This document shows, piece after piece, positions 37,097 to 47,975 of a DNA stretch of 64,000 nucleotides. The stretch comes from Pseudomonadota bacterium. Its GTDB lineage: Bacteria > Desulfobacterota > Desulfobacteria > Desulfobacterales > JBDRRP01. The translations under genes and the position numbers were made by a program. The notes under the pieces are model-generated. The model was not told the DNA's origin and did not search any database. It saw only the letters and a list, made by a program, of their open reading frames with translations. The stretch covers positions 1 through 64,000 of the forward strand of contig JBDRRP010000155.1 of assembly GCA_043825735.1 (NCBI GenBank). Reading direction: 5' to 3'. Numbering within the stretch: position 1 is the stretch's first letter; each line of letters begins with the position of its first letter.

Positions 37097-38728
37097 CTAA
37101 CGGCCCCACTCCTTGTCGCGCAACTCGATGCGTCGGATCTTGCCGCTTACGGTCTTGGGCAGACTCTCCACAAAATCGATCCGGCGAGGGTACTTGTAGG
37201 GCGCCGTGACCTGTTTGACATGGTCCTGCAGTTCTTTTTTGAGCGCGTCGCTGGCCGTGTGTCCCGGTGCCAGGATGACAAAGGCCTTGACCACTTCCCC
37301 GCGAGTATCGTCCGGACTGGACACCACGGCCGATTCGGCGACGGCCGGGTGCTCGATCAGGGCGCTTTCGACCTCGAAGGGACCGATGCGGTAGCCGGAA
37401 GTCAAAATGACGTCGTCGGCACGGCCCACGAACCAGAAGTAGCCGTCCTCGTCCACATAGGCCCGGTCGCCGGTGATGTAGTAGTCGCCGCGGTAGGATC
37501 CGGCCGTGCGCTCCGGCTCTTTCCAGTATTCCCTGAACAAGCCTACGGGCCGTTCCGGCTTCACCCGCACGGCGATGTCACCTTCGGTATTGGGAGGAAG
37601 CACGTTGCCGTCCTGGTCAATGACCTTGAGAACGATGCCGGGGCTGGGCTTGCCCATGGATCCAAACCGCGGTTCGATGCAGGGAAAGCTGCCGCACAGA
37701 CAGACCGTTTCCGTCTGGCCGTAGCCATCACGGATGGTGCACCCGGTGGCTTCTTTCCACACTTCGATGATTTCCGGGTTGAGCGGTTCGCCGGCCCCAA
37801 CGCAGTGGCGCAACGCGGGGAAGCTGTATTTCTTCAGATCCTGGAGCACCAGCATGCGGTAGATGGTGGGCGCCCCGCACATGGTGGTCACCGGGTAGGC
37901 AGCCAGCAGATCCAGTGTCTTGATGGGGTCAAAGCGGTCGGTGTGGTGGATGAACTGGGCGGCGCCCTGATTCCACGGGCCAAAATAGCTGCTCCAGGCG
38001 GCCTTGGCCCAGCCGGTGTCGCTGATGTTCCAATGCATATCGTCTTCTCTCAAATCGAGCCAGTACTTGCCTGTCACCCGGTGGCCGATGGGATAGGATG
38101 CATGGGTGTGCAGGGCCATCTTGGGCATGCCGGTGGTGCCGGAGGTGAAGTAGACGATGCAATTGTCGTCACTGCGGGTCATGGCGGTCTCGAACGCGGC
38201 GGCGGCCCCGGCGATGGCGTCGGTGTAGTAGGTCCATCCCGACCGGGGAGCGGTGATGACGATCTTGGACGTCATCTTGGGACAATCGGCGGCCACTTTG
38301 TCGACCCGCTCGGCAATCTGCGGATTGGTGATGATGCACACGGCGTTGGAGGTATTGGCCCGGTAGGCGATGTCCTTGCTGGTGAGCTGGGTGGTACCCG
38401 GCGCCACCACTGCGCCCATGCGAATACACGCGGTAAAGGTTTCCCACCACTCGATGTTGCGGGGGAGAATGACCATGACCACATCGCCCTGCTTGACGCC
38501 CTGCGCGGCAAGAACATTGGCCAACTTCTTGGAATTGTCGCTGAGCTGCTTGAAGGTGCGCCGTGCCTCATTGCCGTCGTCGTCCACCCAGAGCATCGCC
38601 AGTTTGTCAGGGTCCTGGGCCCACTTATCGATGACTTCGCCGGCGAAATTGAAAAACTCGGGTTTCTCCCACTTGAATGCGGCATACTCCTTGTCGTAGT
38701 CGGTCATGTTGTGAGTGGTGGTCAGCAT
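37097..38728 (-). CDS. Short/medium-chain acyl-CoA synthetase (ACSM-like)
   Basis: YFTSGTTGMPK, SDTGWAKAAW, YGQTET, KYPR..DFV..LPKTVSGKI. Confidence 0.92.
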   Translation of the reverse strand: MLTTTHNMTDYDKEYAAFKWEKPEFFNFAGEVIDKWAQDPDKLAMLWVDDDGNEARRTFKQLSDNSKKLANVLAAQGVKQGDVVMVILPRNIEWWETFTACIRMGAVVAPGTTQLTSKDIAYRANTSNAVCIITNPQIAERVDKVAADCPKMTSKIVITAPRSGWTYYTDAIAGAAAAFETAMTRSDDNCIVYFTSGTTGMPKMALHTHASYPIGHRVTGKYWLDLREDDMHWNISDTGWAKAAWSSYFGPWNQGAAQFIHHTDRFDPIKTLDLLAAYPVTTMCGAPTIYRMLVLQDLKKYSFPALRHCVGAGEPLNPEIIEVWKEATGCTIRDGYGQTETVCLCGSFPCIEPRFGSMGKPSPGIVLKVIDQDGNVLPPNTEGDIAVRVKPERPVGLFREYWKEPERTAGSYRGDYYITGDRAYVDEDGYFWFVGRADDVILTSGYRIGPFEVESALIEHPAVAESAVVSSPDDTRGEVVKAFVILAPGHTASDALKKELQDHVKQVTAPYKYPRRIDFVESLPKTVSGKIRRIELRDKEWGR

Positions 38729-38885
38729 GGGTTTGTCGCCTCCTGTTACCTCCCCGCCGCTGCCTCCGGCGGGGGTACGATTAGAAAAAATGGTTCGCGC
38801 ATCGCCAACTTAATGAGAAAAATTTACTGAATGGTATTTAAAAAACGGGGGGCGTGGAGGCAATCGGTCAAAGGCGGAATTTTGA

Positions 38886-38947
38886 GTAAGGATTGTCCCT
38901 GCAACAGAGAAGGCAGCGCGCCTACAAAGCGTAGGGCATCGACCTAC
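38886..38947. promoter_or_regulatory. Three tandem GTAGG-N7-CCTAC palindromes (candidate response-regulator sites)
   Basis: GTAAG-N7-CCTGC at 38886, GAAGG-N7-CCTAC at 38909, GTAGG-N7-CCTAC at 38931. Confidence 0.6.
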
Positions 38948-39600
38948 AGGGCGTCGGTCTTGATCCAGTGAACGGCATGACGGACCAGTTCGTTGGCATG
39001 CTTGAGCTGGAGCTTTTCCTTGAAGCGGTCGCGGTAGGTGCCAATGGTCTTTACGCTGAGATGAAGGTGATCGGCGATTTCGCGGGTGCGGAACCCCTGC
39101 CCGATGAGGTGGAAAACTTCCAGTTCCCGGTCGGTGAGGCGCTCCATGGGGTTTCTCTCCCCGTCCTGCGGGCGGTGTGTCATGCGTGACAGGATGTGCT
39201 CCTTGACCCGGTCATTGAGAAAAATTTTCCCGGCAAGCACATGACGGATGGCCGTGACCACGCTTTCCATGGCTTCCTGCTTCATGATGTAGCCGCGTGC
39301 GCCGGCGTGCAGGGCACGCTCGGCATAGAGCAGCTCGTCGTGCATGGACAGCATGAGTACCGGGATGCGGTGATTGCGTTTGTTGATTTCCTTGACTAGG
39401 TCGATGCCATCGCCATCGGGCAGAGAGATGTCGGCGATGATGAGATCCGGCTGATCGGCGTCGATGGCTTTCCAGGCCTGACGGAGGTCTTCGGCCTGGC
39501 AGCTCACCGCAAGATCGTCCTCCTGATTGATCAGCTCTCCCAGTCCGAGACGAAAAATGGGGTGATCCTCGACGATCATGATACGCTTTTTCCAGTTCAT
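38944..39600 (-). CDS. NarL/LuxR-family response regulator
   Basis: IVEDH, ADISLP, GYIMK, LTDRELEVF...LSVKTI.TYR. Confidence 0.93.
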   Translation of the reverse strand: MNWKKRIMIVEDHPIFRLGLGELINQEDDLAVSCQAEDLRQAWKAIDADQPDLIIADISLPDGDGIDLVKEINKRNHRIPVLMLSMHDELLYAERALHAGARGYIMKQEAMESVVTAIRHVLAGKIFLNDRVKEHILSRMTHRPQDGERNPMERLTDRELEVFHLIGQGFRTREIADHLHLSVKTIGTYRDRFKEKLQLKHANELVRHAVHWIKTDAL

Positions 39601-41882
39601 CCCTCGTCCGTGTCCGTCCGTGTCCGTCCGTGTCCGTCCGTGCCAGTCCGTGTCAGTCCGTGCCCGTCCCCGGTCGCTTTACCACCCGAGTCTGGAACCT
39701 CGAAAACCAGCCGAACCACGGTGCCGCCGCCGTCACCGCGGCGCACCTCCAGATGGCCGCCGATCATATTGGCACGGAAAGCCATGATCCGCAATCCCAT
39801 CCCGTCGGTGTCCGGTTTCTCGGCAATACCGGAGCCGTCATCGGCCACCGTCACGCTGAACCGTCCGGCGCTGCGCCGCAGGTCGATGCTCACGTGTCGG
39901 GCCTTTCCGTGGCGAACGGCGTTGTGAACCGCCTCCTGGGCGATGTGAAACACCTGGGAGGCCAGTGCGCCGTCGGCGTTCTCCACAGAATCGTGGCGCC
40001 GGAAACGGCAATCGACACCATAGACCGACTCGGCTTGAGCCGCTAAATGACCTAAGGCCGCCTCCAGGCCGCGATCGAGCATGTGCACCGGACACAGTCC
40101 CCGCGCCAGGTGCCGGGTCTTTGAAATGGCATCCTTGACCAGATCCGTGATTTTACCGGCCAACTGGGCGGCGCCGGGATCACGGTCCCCCAGTTTTCGG
40201 GTCAGCACCTTTCCCAGGCCTTCGATACCGATGAGGTGGGGGCACAGATCGTCGTGGAGGTCCTGGCCGAAATTTTGGCGCTCCTGTTCACCGATCTCCA
40301 TGATCTTGCGTTCCAGTCGTTTGACCTCCGAGACATCCCGGTGGATGATCACGCTGCCGGCGGGACGCCCGGCTCGGTTTCTGAACACGGCCCCTCGAAT
40401 GCTCACGTCCACGGACTTGCCGGTTTTGGTCAGCCGCCGGGTTTCGATGCTGCTGAGGGATTCGCCGGCGGCGATGGTGGCCAGCCCGCGATGGGTTTCT
40501 TCCCAGGTATCCGGGGGCACGAAGCGGTCCATCTTCTCCCCGGCGCACTCTTCCAGGGACCATCCGAACACTCTGGTAAACGCCGGATTGAGATAGATCA
40601 CCCGTCCCTGCATGTCGTAGACAATGATGGGATCCGGCGCGGCCTCCATGACGGAGCGGTATTTTTCTTCACTGATCCGAAGGGCCTCTTCGGCCTGCTT
40701 TCGCTCCATGATCTCTTCCATGAGGCTGCTACTGTTTTGCTCCAGCCGCGCCATGAAGGTATTGAAGTAAGTCGCCAGGTGGCCGATTTCGTCGTGGCTG
40801 CGCCGCAGCATGCGCACGGAAAAATCCCCCGAGGCGCCTTTTGCCAGCTGGGCGATGAGCTCAGCCAGTGGATTGGTGACGGATGCGCTGATCAGAAAGG
40901 ACATGGGCAGCACGAGCACGATGGCCGCCACAACGATAAACACGATGACGTTGGTGAGGGTTTCCACCGGGGCGTAAAACTCGCTGAAATAACTGGAGCA
41001 GGCGACGATCCAGTCGTATTCCGGCAGGTAGTTGAAAATCACCAGCTTCTTGCGGGGAACGAACTCGTTGGGATTCTGCCAACTGTAGACCAGTTTCCCG
41101 GTCTTTTCCCGCACCATGTCGCGGAAGAACTGATTGGGGACCCCCTCCTCCTTGAACAGATTCAGGCCCTCGAACCGAGGGTGGATGATCACATTGCCCG
41201 CGCCGTCGGTGACGTAGGCATAGCCGGTTTTGCCAAACCGCAGAGAGAGTACACCGGCTTTGAAATCCTCGATCTTCACCAGGCTCATGAATTCCTTGCG
41301 GTAGGATGACACATCGATGATCCAGTCCCACGGCGCAAAATAGACCATGTACAACGCCTTGGGCCGGGCGTTGGTATCGCCCGGGTTTTTCCAGTCGTAC
41401 TCGAGATACCCCTCCTTGAGCGTGATCATTTCCTGAACAAAGGCATATGCAGTGATGTCCTGGTTGATCCACGCCGCTTCGGGATGCACCACCATGACAC
41501 CCCGGCTGTTGACGCAGGCGATATACCCGGTGGACCCGATCCGCTGGCTGAGCAGTATCCGTGTGGCCATGGCTTTGGCCTCGGATTCGGTCATCTCCCC
41601 GCGCTGGTAGCGCATGTAAAGCTGCTGCACCATTTTCAGGTTTTGCTCGGCAGCGGATCGCAGGTAGTTTTTGATGGAAACGGACACCGAGGTGCGCACC
41701 ATGTTGACGATGGCCATGGTGGCATTGTTGAGCTCGCTTTCGATACTGGATTCCACGGCACGCTTGAGCACCGCGTACATAGTGAATCCGGTCATGGCAA
41801 TGATGAGAAGAAAAACAACCGCATAACTGATGAGCAGCTTGTTGCGCAGCCGCATGTCTTCAAACCAGTTCTGCAAAGCCAT
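39597..41882 (-). CDS. Cache-HAMP-PAS sensor histidine kinase (HisKA_3 type)
   Basis: Two TM segments, Cache-like periplasmic region, HAMP DEIG.LA..FN, PAS, GQDLHDD, QEAVHNAVRH, DDGSG, GMGL. Confidence 0.9.
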   Translation of the reverse strand: MALQNWFEDMRLRNKLLISYAVVFLLIIAMTGFTMYAVLKRAVESSIESELNNATMAIVNMVRTSVSVSIKNYLRSAAEQNLKMVQQLYMRYQRGEMTESEAKAMATRILLSQRIGSTGYIACVNSRGVMVVHPEAAWINQDITAYAFVQEMITLKEGYLEYDWKNPGDTNARPKALYMVYFAPWDWIIDVSSYRKEFMSLVKIEDFKAGVLSLRFGKTGYAYVTDGAGNVIIHPRFEGLNLFKEEGVPNQFFRDMVREKTGKLVYSWQNPNEFVPRKKLVIFNYLPEYDWIVACSSYFSEFYAPVETLTNVIVFIVVAAIVLVLPMSFLISASVTNPLAELIAQLAKGASGDFSVRMLRRSHDEIGHLATYFNTFMARLEQNSSSLMEEIMERKQAEEALRISEEKYRSVMEAAPDPIIVYDMQGRVIYLNPAFTRVFGWSLEECAGEKMDRFVPPDTWEETHRGLATIAAGESLSSIETRRLTKTGKSVDVSIRGAVFRNRAGRPAGSVIIHRDVSEVKRLERKIMEIGEQERQNFGQDLHDDLCPHLIGIEGLGKVLTRKLGDRDPGAAQLAGKITDLVKDAISKTRHLARGLCPVHMLDRGLEAALGHLAAQAESVYGVDCRFRRHDSVENADGALASQVFHIAQEAVHNAVRHGKARHVSIDLRRSAGRFSVTVADDGSGIAEKPDTDGMGLRIMAFRANMIGGHLEVRRGDGGGTVVRLVFEVPDSGGKATGDGHGLTRTGTDGHGRTRTDTDEG
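39606..39665. repeat. Six 10-bp tandem units (GTCCGTGnCn) in the kinase 3' end
   Basis: GTCCGTGTCC x3, then GTCCGTGCCA, GTCCGTGTCA, GTCCGTGCCC. Confidence 0.9.
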
Positions 41883-42164
41883 GGTGATCCTTTCCAGCAC
41901 TTCGTAGTGAACCCTTCGATGATCCGGATACCCTCAATTAGCGCTTTCCGGACGGCCTCACGGTGGCGGACGACAGCGCGATATCGCCATTTCGCGACCG
42001 GAGGGGTAACTTCGTATTATAAAAGCCCCTTACCAATCAACCGATCACTGCGTCTTTTCTGGAATTCTCCGATTCCGGGCACAACAATCCAATCGGGAAA
42101 TAACTGCTTTATGTATATTTTCAAATAGTTATATAAACATTTCAAAGCTCTGGCAAATTCCCGC

Positions 42165-42209
42165 TTGACAGGGCCAGCCCCCACCGATATGTTGACTGAG
42201 CGCTCGTTC
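42165..42209 (+). promoter_or_regulatory. Sigma70-type promoter with adjacent TetR-type operator
   Basis: TTGACA-N17-TATGTT followed by GACTGAGCGCTCGTTC (palindromic core GAGCGCTC), upstream of tetR-icmF. Confidence 0.7.
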
Positions 42210-42325
42210 GGATTTCGACTCAAGCGCCTCACTCCTACCCCAGTCTCTCAGCTATTGTCCATTCAGAAATGGATGAACACTAGCGATCAGGATGTGCCAT
42301 GCGCACCCATGCCGCCAGACCGCCC

Positions 42326-42940
42326 ATGGATATTCCCACTCAGGTGAAGAACCTGGATCTCATCGAACGCCGGCGCCGACAGATCATCGATGCGGCCGTG
42401 CAACTGTTCATCGAGCACGGGTTCCACAAGACCACCACACGGCAGATTGCCCGCGCTGCGGGGATCTCCATTGGCTCGCTCTATGAATACATAGCATCGA
42501 AGGAGGACATCCTTTACCTGGTTTGTGATGCCATCCATGCCGAGATTCAGCGCGGCGTGTCCGCGGCCCTGAATCGGGCAGCCAGCGGCCACCATTCACT
42601 GGCTGAAGTGATTCGGGAATATTTTCTGGTGTGCGACCGGATGAATGACCACATTTTGCTGATCTACCAGGAAACCCAGTCCCTGCCGTCCCAGTGGCGC
42701 AAACGGGTCCTGGAAAACGAGGTCCGCATCACCGGCATCTTTATGGGGGTGCTGGCCCGCCTCATGAGCGAAGGGGCCTTGCCCCCCATGGGCGACCGCA
42801 CCGTGGAACTGATGGCCCACAACATCACCGTGATCGGTCACATGTGGACCTTCCGGCGGTGGTTTCTGGCACGTCACTACAGCATCGACGATTACATCAC
42901 ACTGCAGACCGGCTTCATCATGGGGCTTTGCCGCGCCTGA
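42326..42940 (+). CDS. TetR-family transcriptional regulator
   Basis: IIDAAVQLFIEHGFHKTTTRQIARAAGISIGSLYEYI.SKE. Confidence 0.92.
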   Translation: MDIPTQVKNLDLIERRRRQIIDAAVQLFIEHGFHKTTTRQIARAAGISIGSLYEYIASKEDILYLVCDAIHAEIQRGVSAALNRAASGHHSLAEVIREYFLVCDRMNDHILLIYQETQSLPSQWRKRVLENEVRITGIFMGVLARLMSEGALPPMGDRTVELMAHNITVIGHMWTFRRWFLARHYSIDDYITLQTGFIMGLCRA

Positions 42941-43035
42941 GGCGGTGCGCCCCGGAGCCTTTTGAAGATCACTGCAATCAACAACCTTAAATCGACCCGG
43001 GCCCTGCGTTTCCGGTCGAAGGAGGGGACCACAGT

Positions 43036-46000
43036 ATGGAAGCCGAGGTATACGCACCCCAGAACAGTATCCGCGTAATCACCGCCACATCCCTTTTTGA
43101 CGGCCATGACGCATCCATCAACATATTCCGGCGCATTCTCCAGTCCTCCGGTGCAGAAGTTATCCATCTGGGACACAACCGATCGGTAAAAGAGATCGTC
43201 GATGCCGCTATCGAGGAGGATGCCCATGGCATCGCCGTCTCCAGTTACCAGGGTGGTCACGTAGAGTTTTTCAAATACATGATCGATCTGCTCAAAGACG
43301 CCGGCGCCGGCAGCATCAAGGTGTTCGGCGGTGGCGGCGGCGTCATCGTCCCCGAGGAAATCAAGGAACTGGAAGCCTACGGCGTGACGCGGATCTACTC
43401 CCCAGAAGACGGCGCCCGGTGGGGGCTGCAGGGCATTATCAACCACATGCTAAAAACCATGGACACTGCCCCGCCCACCCTTGACAGCAGCGACATCAGC
43501 GATCTTACCACCGGCAACAAGCGGCGCGTGGCCGCCCTCATCACGGCGGTTGAGAAAACCAAACCGCGGGAAAACGGAAACATGGCCGCACTGCGCGCCG
43601 AGCTGGCAAAAAAAATTGCGGCCAAGCGGGTACCGGTGATCGGCATCACCGGCACCGGCGGTGCCGGCAAGTCGTCGCTGACCGACGAACTCATCCTGCG
43701 CATGCTCCATGATCTCAAAGATATCCGCGTGGCCATCATCAGCGCCGACCCCTCCCGCCGAAAAACCGGCGGCGCGCTGCTGGGTGACCGCATCCGGATG
43801 AACGCCATCGACAGCCCCCGGGTATACATGCGCTCGCTGGCCACCCGTCGCTCCAACACCGAAATCCCCGAATCTCTATCCGACGCCATCGATGTGGCAA
43901 AGGCCGCCGGTTATGATCTGGTGATCGCCGAGACGGCCGGCATCGGCCAGGGGGACTCCAACATCATCGATATTGTGGATCTGTCCATCTACGTTATGAC
44001 CAGCGAATTCGGCGCGGCCTCTCAGCTCGAGAAAATAGACATGCTCGATTTCGCCGACCTGATAGTGGTCAACAAATACGAAAAACGCGGCGGTGAAGAC
44101 GCCGTGAGAGACGTCCGAAAGCAGGTGCAGCGCAACCGCAACGCCTTTGACAAGGATACCGAGGAGATGCCGGTCTATGGCACCATCGCCTCCAAGTTCA
44201 ATGATGACGGGGTGACGGCTCTCTACCATGGCCTGCTGGACACCATTGCCCAGAAAACGGGGGTTGCGTTTGACTCCAGCCTGCCGCGGCCGCAAATCAA
44301 ATCGAGCACGTCAAAAACCATCATCATCCCGCCCGAGCGCACCCGGTATCTGTCGGAGATATCCGAGACCATTCGCGGCTACCACAGCGCCACCGAGGCG
44401 CAGGCCCAACGTTTGCGCCATCACTGGCACCTGACATCGACCTGCGCCGCGCTGGAAGCCGGAGATCTGGACGGCGACACGCCGGCGCTGCTGGCACGGC
44501 TCAAGGCCGCCGTAGCCGAGACGGAAAAGGGAATCGACCCCCGGGCCCGGCAGCTCACGGACCAGTGGGCGGCCGTGCGGCAAGCCTATTCCGGCGATGA
44601 GCTGGTTTACCACGTGAGGGGCAAAGAGATCCGGGTGCCCCTCCTCACCGAGTCCCTCTCCCGGCAGAAAATCCCCAAGATCGCACTTCCCAAGTTCACC
44701 GACCCCGGGGAGATCTACCGGTGGCTGCGGCGGGAAAACCTGCCGGGCTACTTTCCCTACACGGCCGGCGTGTTTCCCATGAAGCGCGTGGGCGAAGACC
44801 CCACCCGCATGTTTGCCGGCGAAGGCGACCCGGCCCGCACCAACCGGCGATTCAAACTTTTATCGGCGGCCAGCGAGGCCAAACGGCTCTCCACGGCCTT
44901 CGACTCGGTGACGCTCTATGGCTACGATCCGGATCGACGGCCCGACATCTACGGCAAGGTGGGCAACTCAGGGGTCAGCGTCTGCACCCTCGAAGACGTG
45001 AAGGTCCTCTATGACGGGTTCGAGCTGTGCGCGCCCAACACATCGGTGTCCATGACCATCAACGGCCCGGCACCCATCATGCTGGCCATGTTTTTGAATA
45101 CGGCCATTGACCAGCAGATCGAAAAATACCGGACCGAGCACGGCGCCGAGCCGTCACCGGAAACCTATGAAAAAATCCGCGGCATGGTGCTCACCAACGT
45201 GCGGGGCACCGTCCAGGCCGACATTCTCAAAGAGGATCAGGGGCAGAACACCTGCATTTTTTCCATCGATTTCGCCCTCAAGATGATGGGAGACATCCAG
45301 CAGTTTTTCATCGACAACAATGTGCGCAATTTCTACTCGGTGTCCATTTCCGGCTACCACATCGCAGAAGCCGGCGCCAATCCCATCTCGCAGCTTGCCT
45401 TTACACTGGCCAACGGGTTTACCTACCTGGAGTACTATCTCTCTCGCGGAATGCCCCTGGATCAGTTCGGCCCCAACCTGAGCTTTTTCTTCTCAAACGG
45501 CATGGACCCGGAATATACCGTGATCGGCCGGGTGGCCCGCCGCATTTGGGCCGTGGCCCTGCGCGACAAATATGGCGCCTCGGAACGGGCCCAGATGCTG
45601 AAGTACCACATTCAGACATCGGGGCGCTCGCTCCACAGCCAGGACATCCAGTTCAACGATATCCGCACCACGCTGCAGGGATTGTGCGCCATCTACGACA
45701 ACTGCAACAGCCTGCACACCAACGCCTTCGACGAGGCCATCACGACCCCCACCGAAGAGTCGGTGCGCCGGGCACTGGCCATCCAACTCATCATCAACCG
45801 TGAGTGGGGACTGGCCAATAACGAAAACCCGATGCAGGGGAGTTTCATCGTCGACGAGCTCACCGACCTCGTCGAGGAGGCGGTGCTCACCCTGTTTGAC
45901 CAGATGACCGAACGCGGTGGGGTGCTGGGCGCCATGGAAACCGGCTTCCAGCGCAGCCGGATCCAGGAGGAGTCGATCTACTACGAAGTGCGCAAGCACA

Positions 46001-46320
46001 CCGGCGATCTGCCCATCATCGGGGTCAACACATTCCGTGACCCCCACGCCGACGGAGACGATCTGAGCGAAATGGGGGTCAGCTGCATCGACCTTGCTCG
46101 GGCCACACCGGAAGAAAAAGAGTCCCAGCTCAAACGGCTGGCGGATTTCCAGAAGCTTCACGCGGCCGAATCAGCCGCAGCGCTCGAACGGCTCCAGCGG
46201 GTGGCACTCGCCGGAGAGAACATTTTTGCCGAGTTAATGGACACTGTCCGGGTCTGCTCCCTGGGGCAGATCACCAACGCGCTGTACGCCGTAGGTGGAA
46301 AATACCGCAGAAACATGTAG
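43036..46320 (+). CDS. icmF: Fused isobutyryl-CoA mutase / MeaB-like GTPase
   Basis: B12 domain [10 protein letters not shown]; GTPase [20 protein letters not shown]; mutase [21 protein letters not shown]; 1094 aa. Confidence 0.95.
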   Translation: MEAEVYAPQNSIRVITATSLFDGHDASINIFRRILQSSGAEVIHLGHNRSVKEIVDAAIEEDAHGIAVSSYQGGHVEFFKYMIDLLKDAGAGSIKVFGGGGGVIVPEEIKELEAYGVTRIYSPEDGARWGLQGIINHMLKTMDTAPPTLDSSDISDLTTGNKRRVAALITAVEKTKPRENGNMAALRAELAKKIAAKRVPVIGITGTGGAGKSSLTDELILRMLHDLKDIRVAIISADPSRRKTGGALLGDRIRMNAIDSPRVYMRSLATRRSNTEIPESLSDAIDVAKAAGYDLVIAETAGIGQGDSNIIDIVDLSIYVMTSEFGAASQLEKIDMLDFADLIVVNKYEKRGGEDAVRDVRKQVQRNRNAFDKDTEEMPVYGTIASKFNDDGVTALYHGLLDTIAQKTGVAFDSSLPRPQIKSSTSKTIIIPPERTRYLSEISETIRGYHSATEAQAQRLRHHWHLTSTCAALEAGDLDGDTPALLARLKAAVAETEKGIDPRARQLTDQWAAVRQAYSGDELVYHVRGKEIRVPLLTESLSRQKIPKIALPKFTDPGEIYRWLRRENLPGYFPYTAGVFPMKRVGEDPTRMFAGEGDPARTNRRFKLLSAASEAKRLSTAFDSVTLYGYDPDRRPDIYGKVGNSGVSVCTLEDVKVLYDGFELCAPNTSVSMTINGPAPIMLAMFLNTAIDQQIEKYRTEHGAEPSPETYEKIRGMVLTNVRGTVQADILKEDQGQNTCIFSIDFALKMMGDIQQFFIDNNVRNFYSVSISGYHIAEAGANPISQLAFTLANGFTYLEYYLSRGMPLDQFGPNLSFFFSNGMDPEYTVIGRVARRIWAVALRDKYGASERAQMLKYHIQTSGRSLHSQDIQFNDIRTTLQGLCAIYDNCNSLHTNAFDEAITTPTEESVRRALAIQLIINREWGLANNENPMQGSFIVDELTDLVEEAVLTLFDQMTERGGVLGAMETGFQRSRIQEESIYYEVRKHTGDLPIIGVNTFRDPHADGDDLSEMGVSCIDLARATPEEKESQLKRLADFQKLHAAESAAALERLQRVALAGENIFAELMDTVRVCSLGQITNALYAVGGKYRRNM

Positions 46321-46339
46321 GCCGAATTGGCAGAAAAGC

Positions 46340-46534
46340 AGGGGTCAAGGGGTCAAGGGGTCAAGGGGTCGAGTAAACAACAAAAAACAAAGCCTCCAAC
46401 GGCTCTGGCCTAAACAGAAAACCGGCAAGGCACATCGGAACAACATTGCCGAAAATGATTTTGCAGTTGCCTTTCACTAGAACCCTTGTCGCGGTTAAAC
46501 CGTATAGGCGCAACCCTCGGCCCCTTGGACCCTT
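46340..46534. repeat. (AGGGGTCA)n octamer inverted-repeat element
   Basis: Left arm 46340-46373. Right arm 46473-46534, interrupted by a 23-nt insert. Confidence 0.75.
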
Positions 46535-46605
46535 CACGGCGATCAAATTGGAAGAGAACGGTCACAGGACATAAAAAACATCACTTTTTCTCAAGGATCT
46601 TAACT

Positions 46606-47781
46606 ATGAACGAAGCAGTCATCGTCAGTGCGGTCAGAACCCCTCTGGGCAACTTCAACGGCAGCCTTGCCGGCATCGGCGCTACCGATCTTGGCGCCAT
46701 CGTCATCGAAGAAGCCGTAAATCGGGCCGGAATCGAAAAATCTCAGGTCAACGAAGTGATCATGGGTCATGTGCTGACTTGCGGATACGGCCAGAACCCA
46801 GCAAAGCAGGCAGCCATCAAGGCCGGCATGCCGTGGGAAATGGAGGCCTTCACCGTGAACAAGGTCTGCGGCTCGGCACTCAAGTCGGTGATGCTGGCCG
46901 CTCAGGCGATCCAGGTGGGCGACGCCGAAGTCGTGGTGGCCGGCGGCATGGAAAACATGAGCATGGCGCCCTACTATCTTGAAAAAGCCCGCTGGGGTTA
47001 CCGCATGGGCCCGGGGCAGCTTCAGGACCATATGATTCATGACGGCCTGTGGGACATCGTCAACGATTTTCACATGGGCATGTCCAATGAACTGTGCTCC
47101 GAAAAATACGGGATCTCCCGCGAAGCACAGGACCGCTACGCGGCGGAATCCTACCGTCGCGCCATTGCCGCCGCCGCCGAAGGCCGTTTCGATGAGGAGA
47201 TCGTTGCGGTATCCATCCCTCAGCGCAACCGGCCCCCGAAGATCTTCGACAAAGACGAGTGCTTCCAGGAGACGTCTTACGAGGTGCTCGCGAACATGCG
47301 CCCGGCATTCAAGAAAGACGGTGTGGGCACTGCTGGCAACGCTTCCATCATCAGTGACGGTGCGGCTGCCGTGGTGGTCATGAGCCGGCAGAAGGCCGAA
47401 GCACTGGGGTGCACGGTTCTTGCCGGTATCGGCGCCCAGGCCTCCTACGCCATCGACATGAAGTACGTGCTGGTGGCCCCCATCTGGGCCGTTCCCAAGT
47501 GCCTAAAAAAAGAAGGCATCGGCGCGGGCGACGTGGACCTGTACGAAATCAACGAAGCCTTTTCCGGATCCACCTGCGCCGTGCTCAAACAGCTCAGCCT
47601 GGATCCGGCCATCACCAATGTCAACGGCGGCGCGGTGGCCATCGGCCATCCCATCGGCGCCAGCGGGTGCCGGGTGCTGGTGACCCTGCTTTATGAAATG
47701 AAACGCCGTGATGCCAAAACCGGCCTGGCATCCTTGTGTCTGGGCGGCGGCGAAGCGGTAGCGATGGTGGTGAAAAGATAA
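46606..47781 (+). CDS. Acetyl-CoA C-acetyltransferase (thiolase)
   Basis: NKVCGS, EINEAF, GHPIGASG, SLCLGGG. Confidence 0.95.
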   Translation: MNEAVIVSAVRTPLGNFNGSLAGIGATDLGAIVIEEAVNRAGIEKSQVNEVIMGHVLTCGYGQNPAKQAAIKAGMPWEMEAFTVNKVCGSALKSVMLAAQAIQVGDAEVVVAGGMENMSMAPYYLEKARWGYRMGPGQLQDHMIHDGLWDIVNDFHMGMSNELCSEKYGISREAQDRYAAESYRRAIAAAAEGRFDEEIVAVSIPQRNRPPKIFDKDECFQETSYEVLANMRPAFKKDGVGTAGNASIISDGAAAVVVMSRQKAEALGCTVLAGIGAQASYAIDMKYVLVAPIWAVPKCLKKEGIGAGDVDLYEINEAFSGSTCAVLKQLSLDPAITNVNGGAVAIGHPIGASGCRVLVTLLYEMKRRDAKTGLASLCLGGGEAVAMVVKR

Positions 47782-47788
47782 AAACAGC

Positions 47789-47920
47789 AAGGGTTCAAGG
47801 TGCCAAGGGGCCGAGGGGCCAAGTGAAGGGCAACACCAACACCGCCTCACCGGGCACCTCTTGCAGTGAACGGTTTTGGTTTTTCACTTGAACCCTCGAC
47901 CCCTTGGACCCCTGGACCCT
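47789..47920. repeat. Octamer inverted-repeat element (second copy)
   Basis: AAGGGTTCAAGGTGCCAAGGGGCCGAGGGGCCAAGTGAA ... TTCACTTGAACCCTCGACCCCTTGGACCCCTGGACCCT. Confidence 0.8.
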
Positions 47921-47975
47921 GATCCACTGAATTTGGAGTGAAACAAATCACTTTACCAAAAGGAGACTACTTAGC

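Noticed and set aside
42941..43035. Cobalamin riboswitch before icmF
   Set aside because: The gap is too short and no B12-box is seen.
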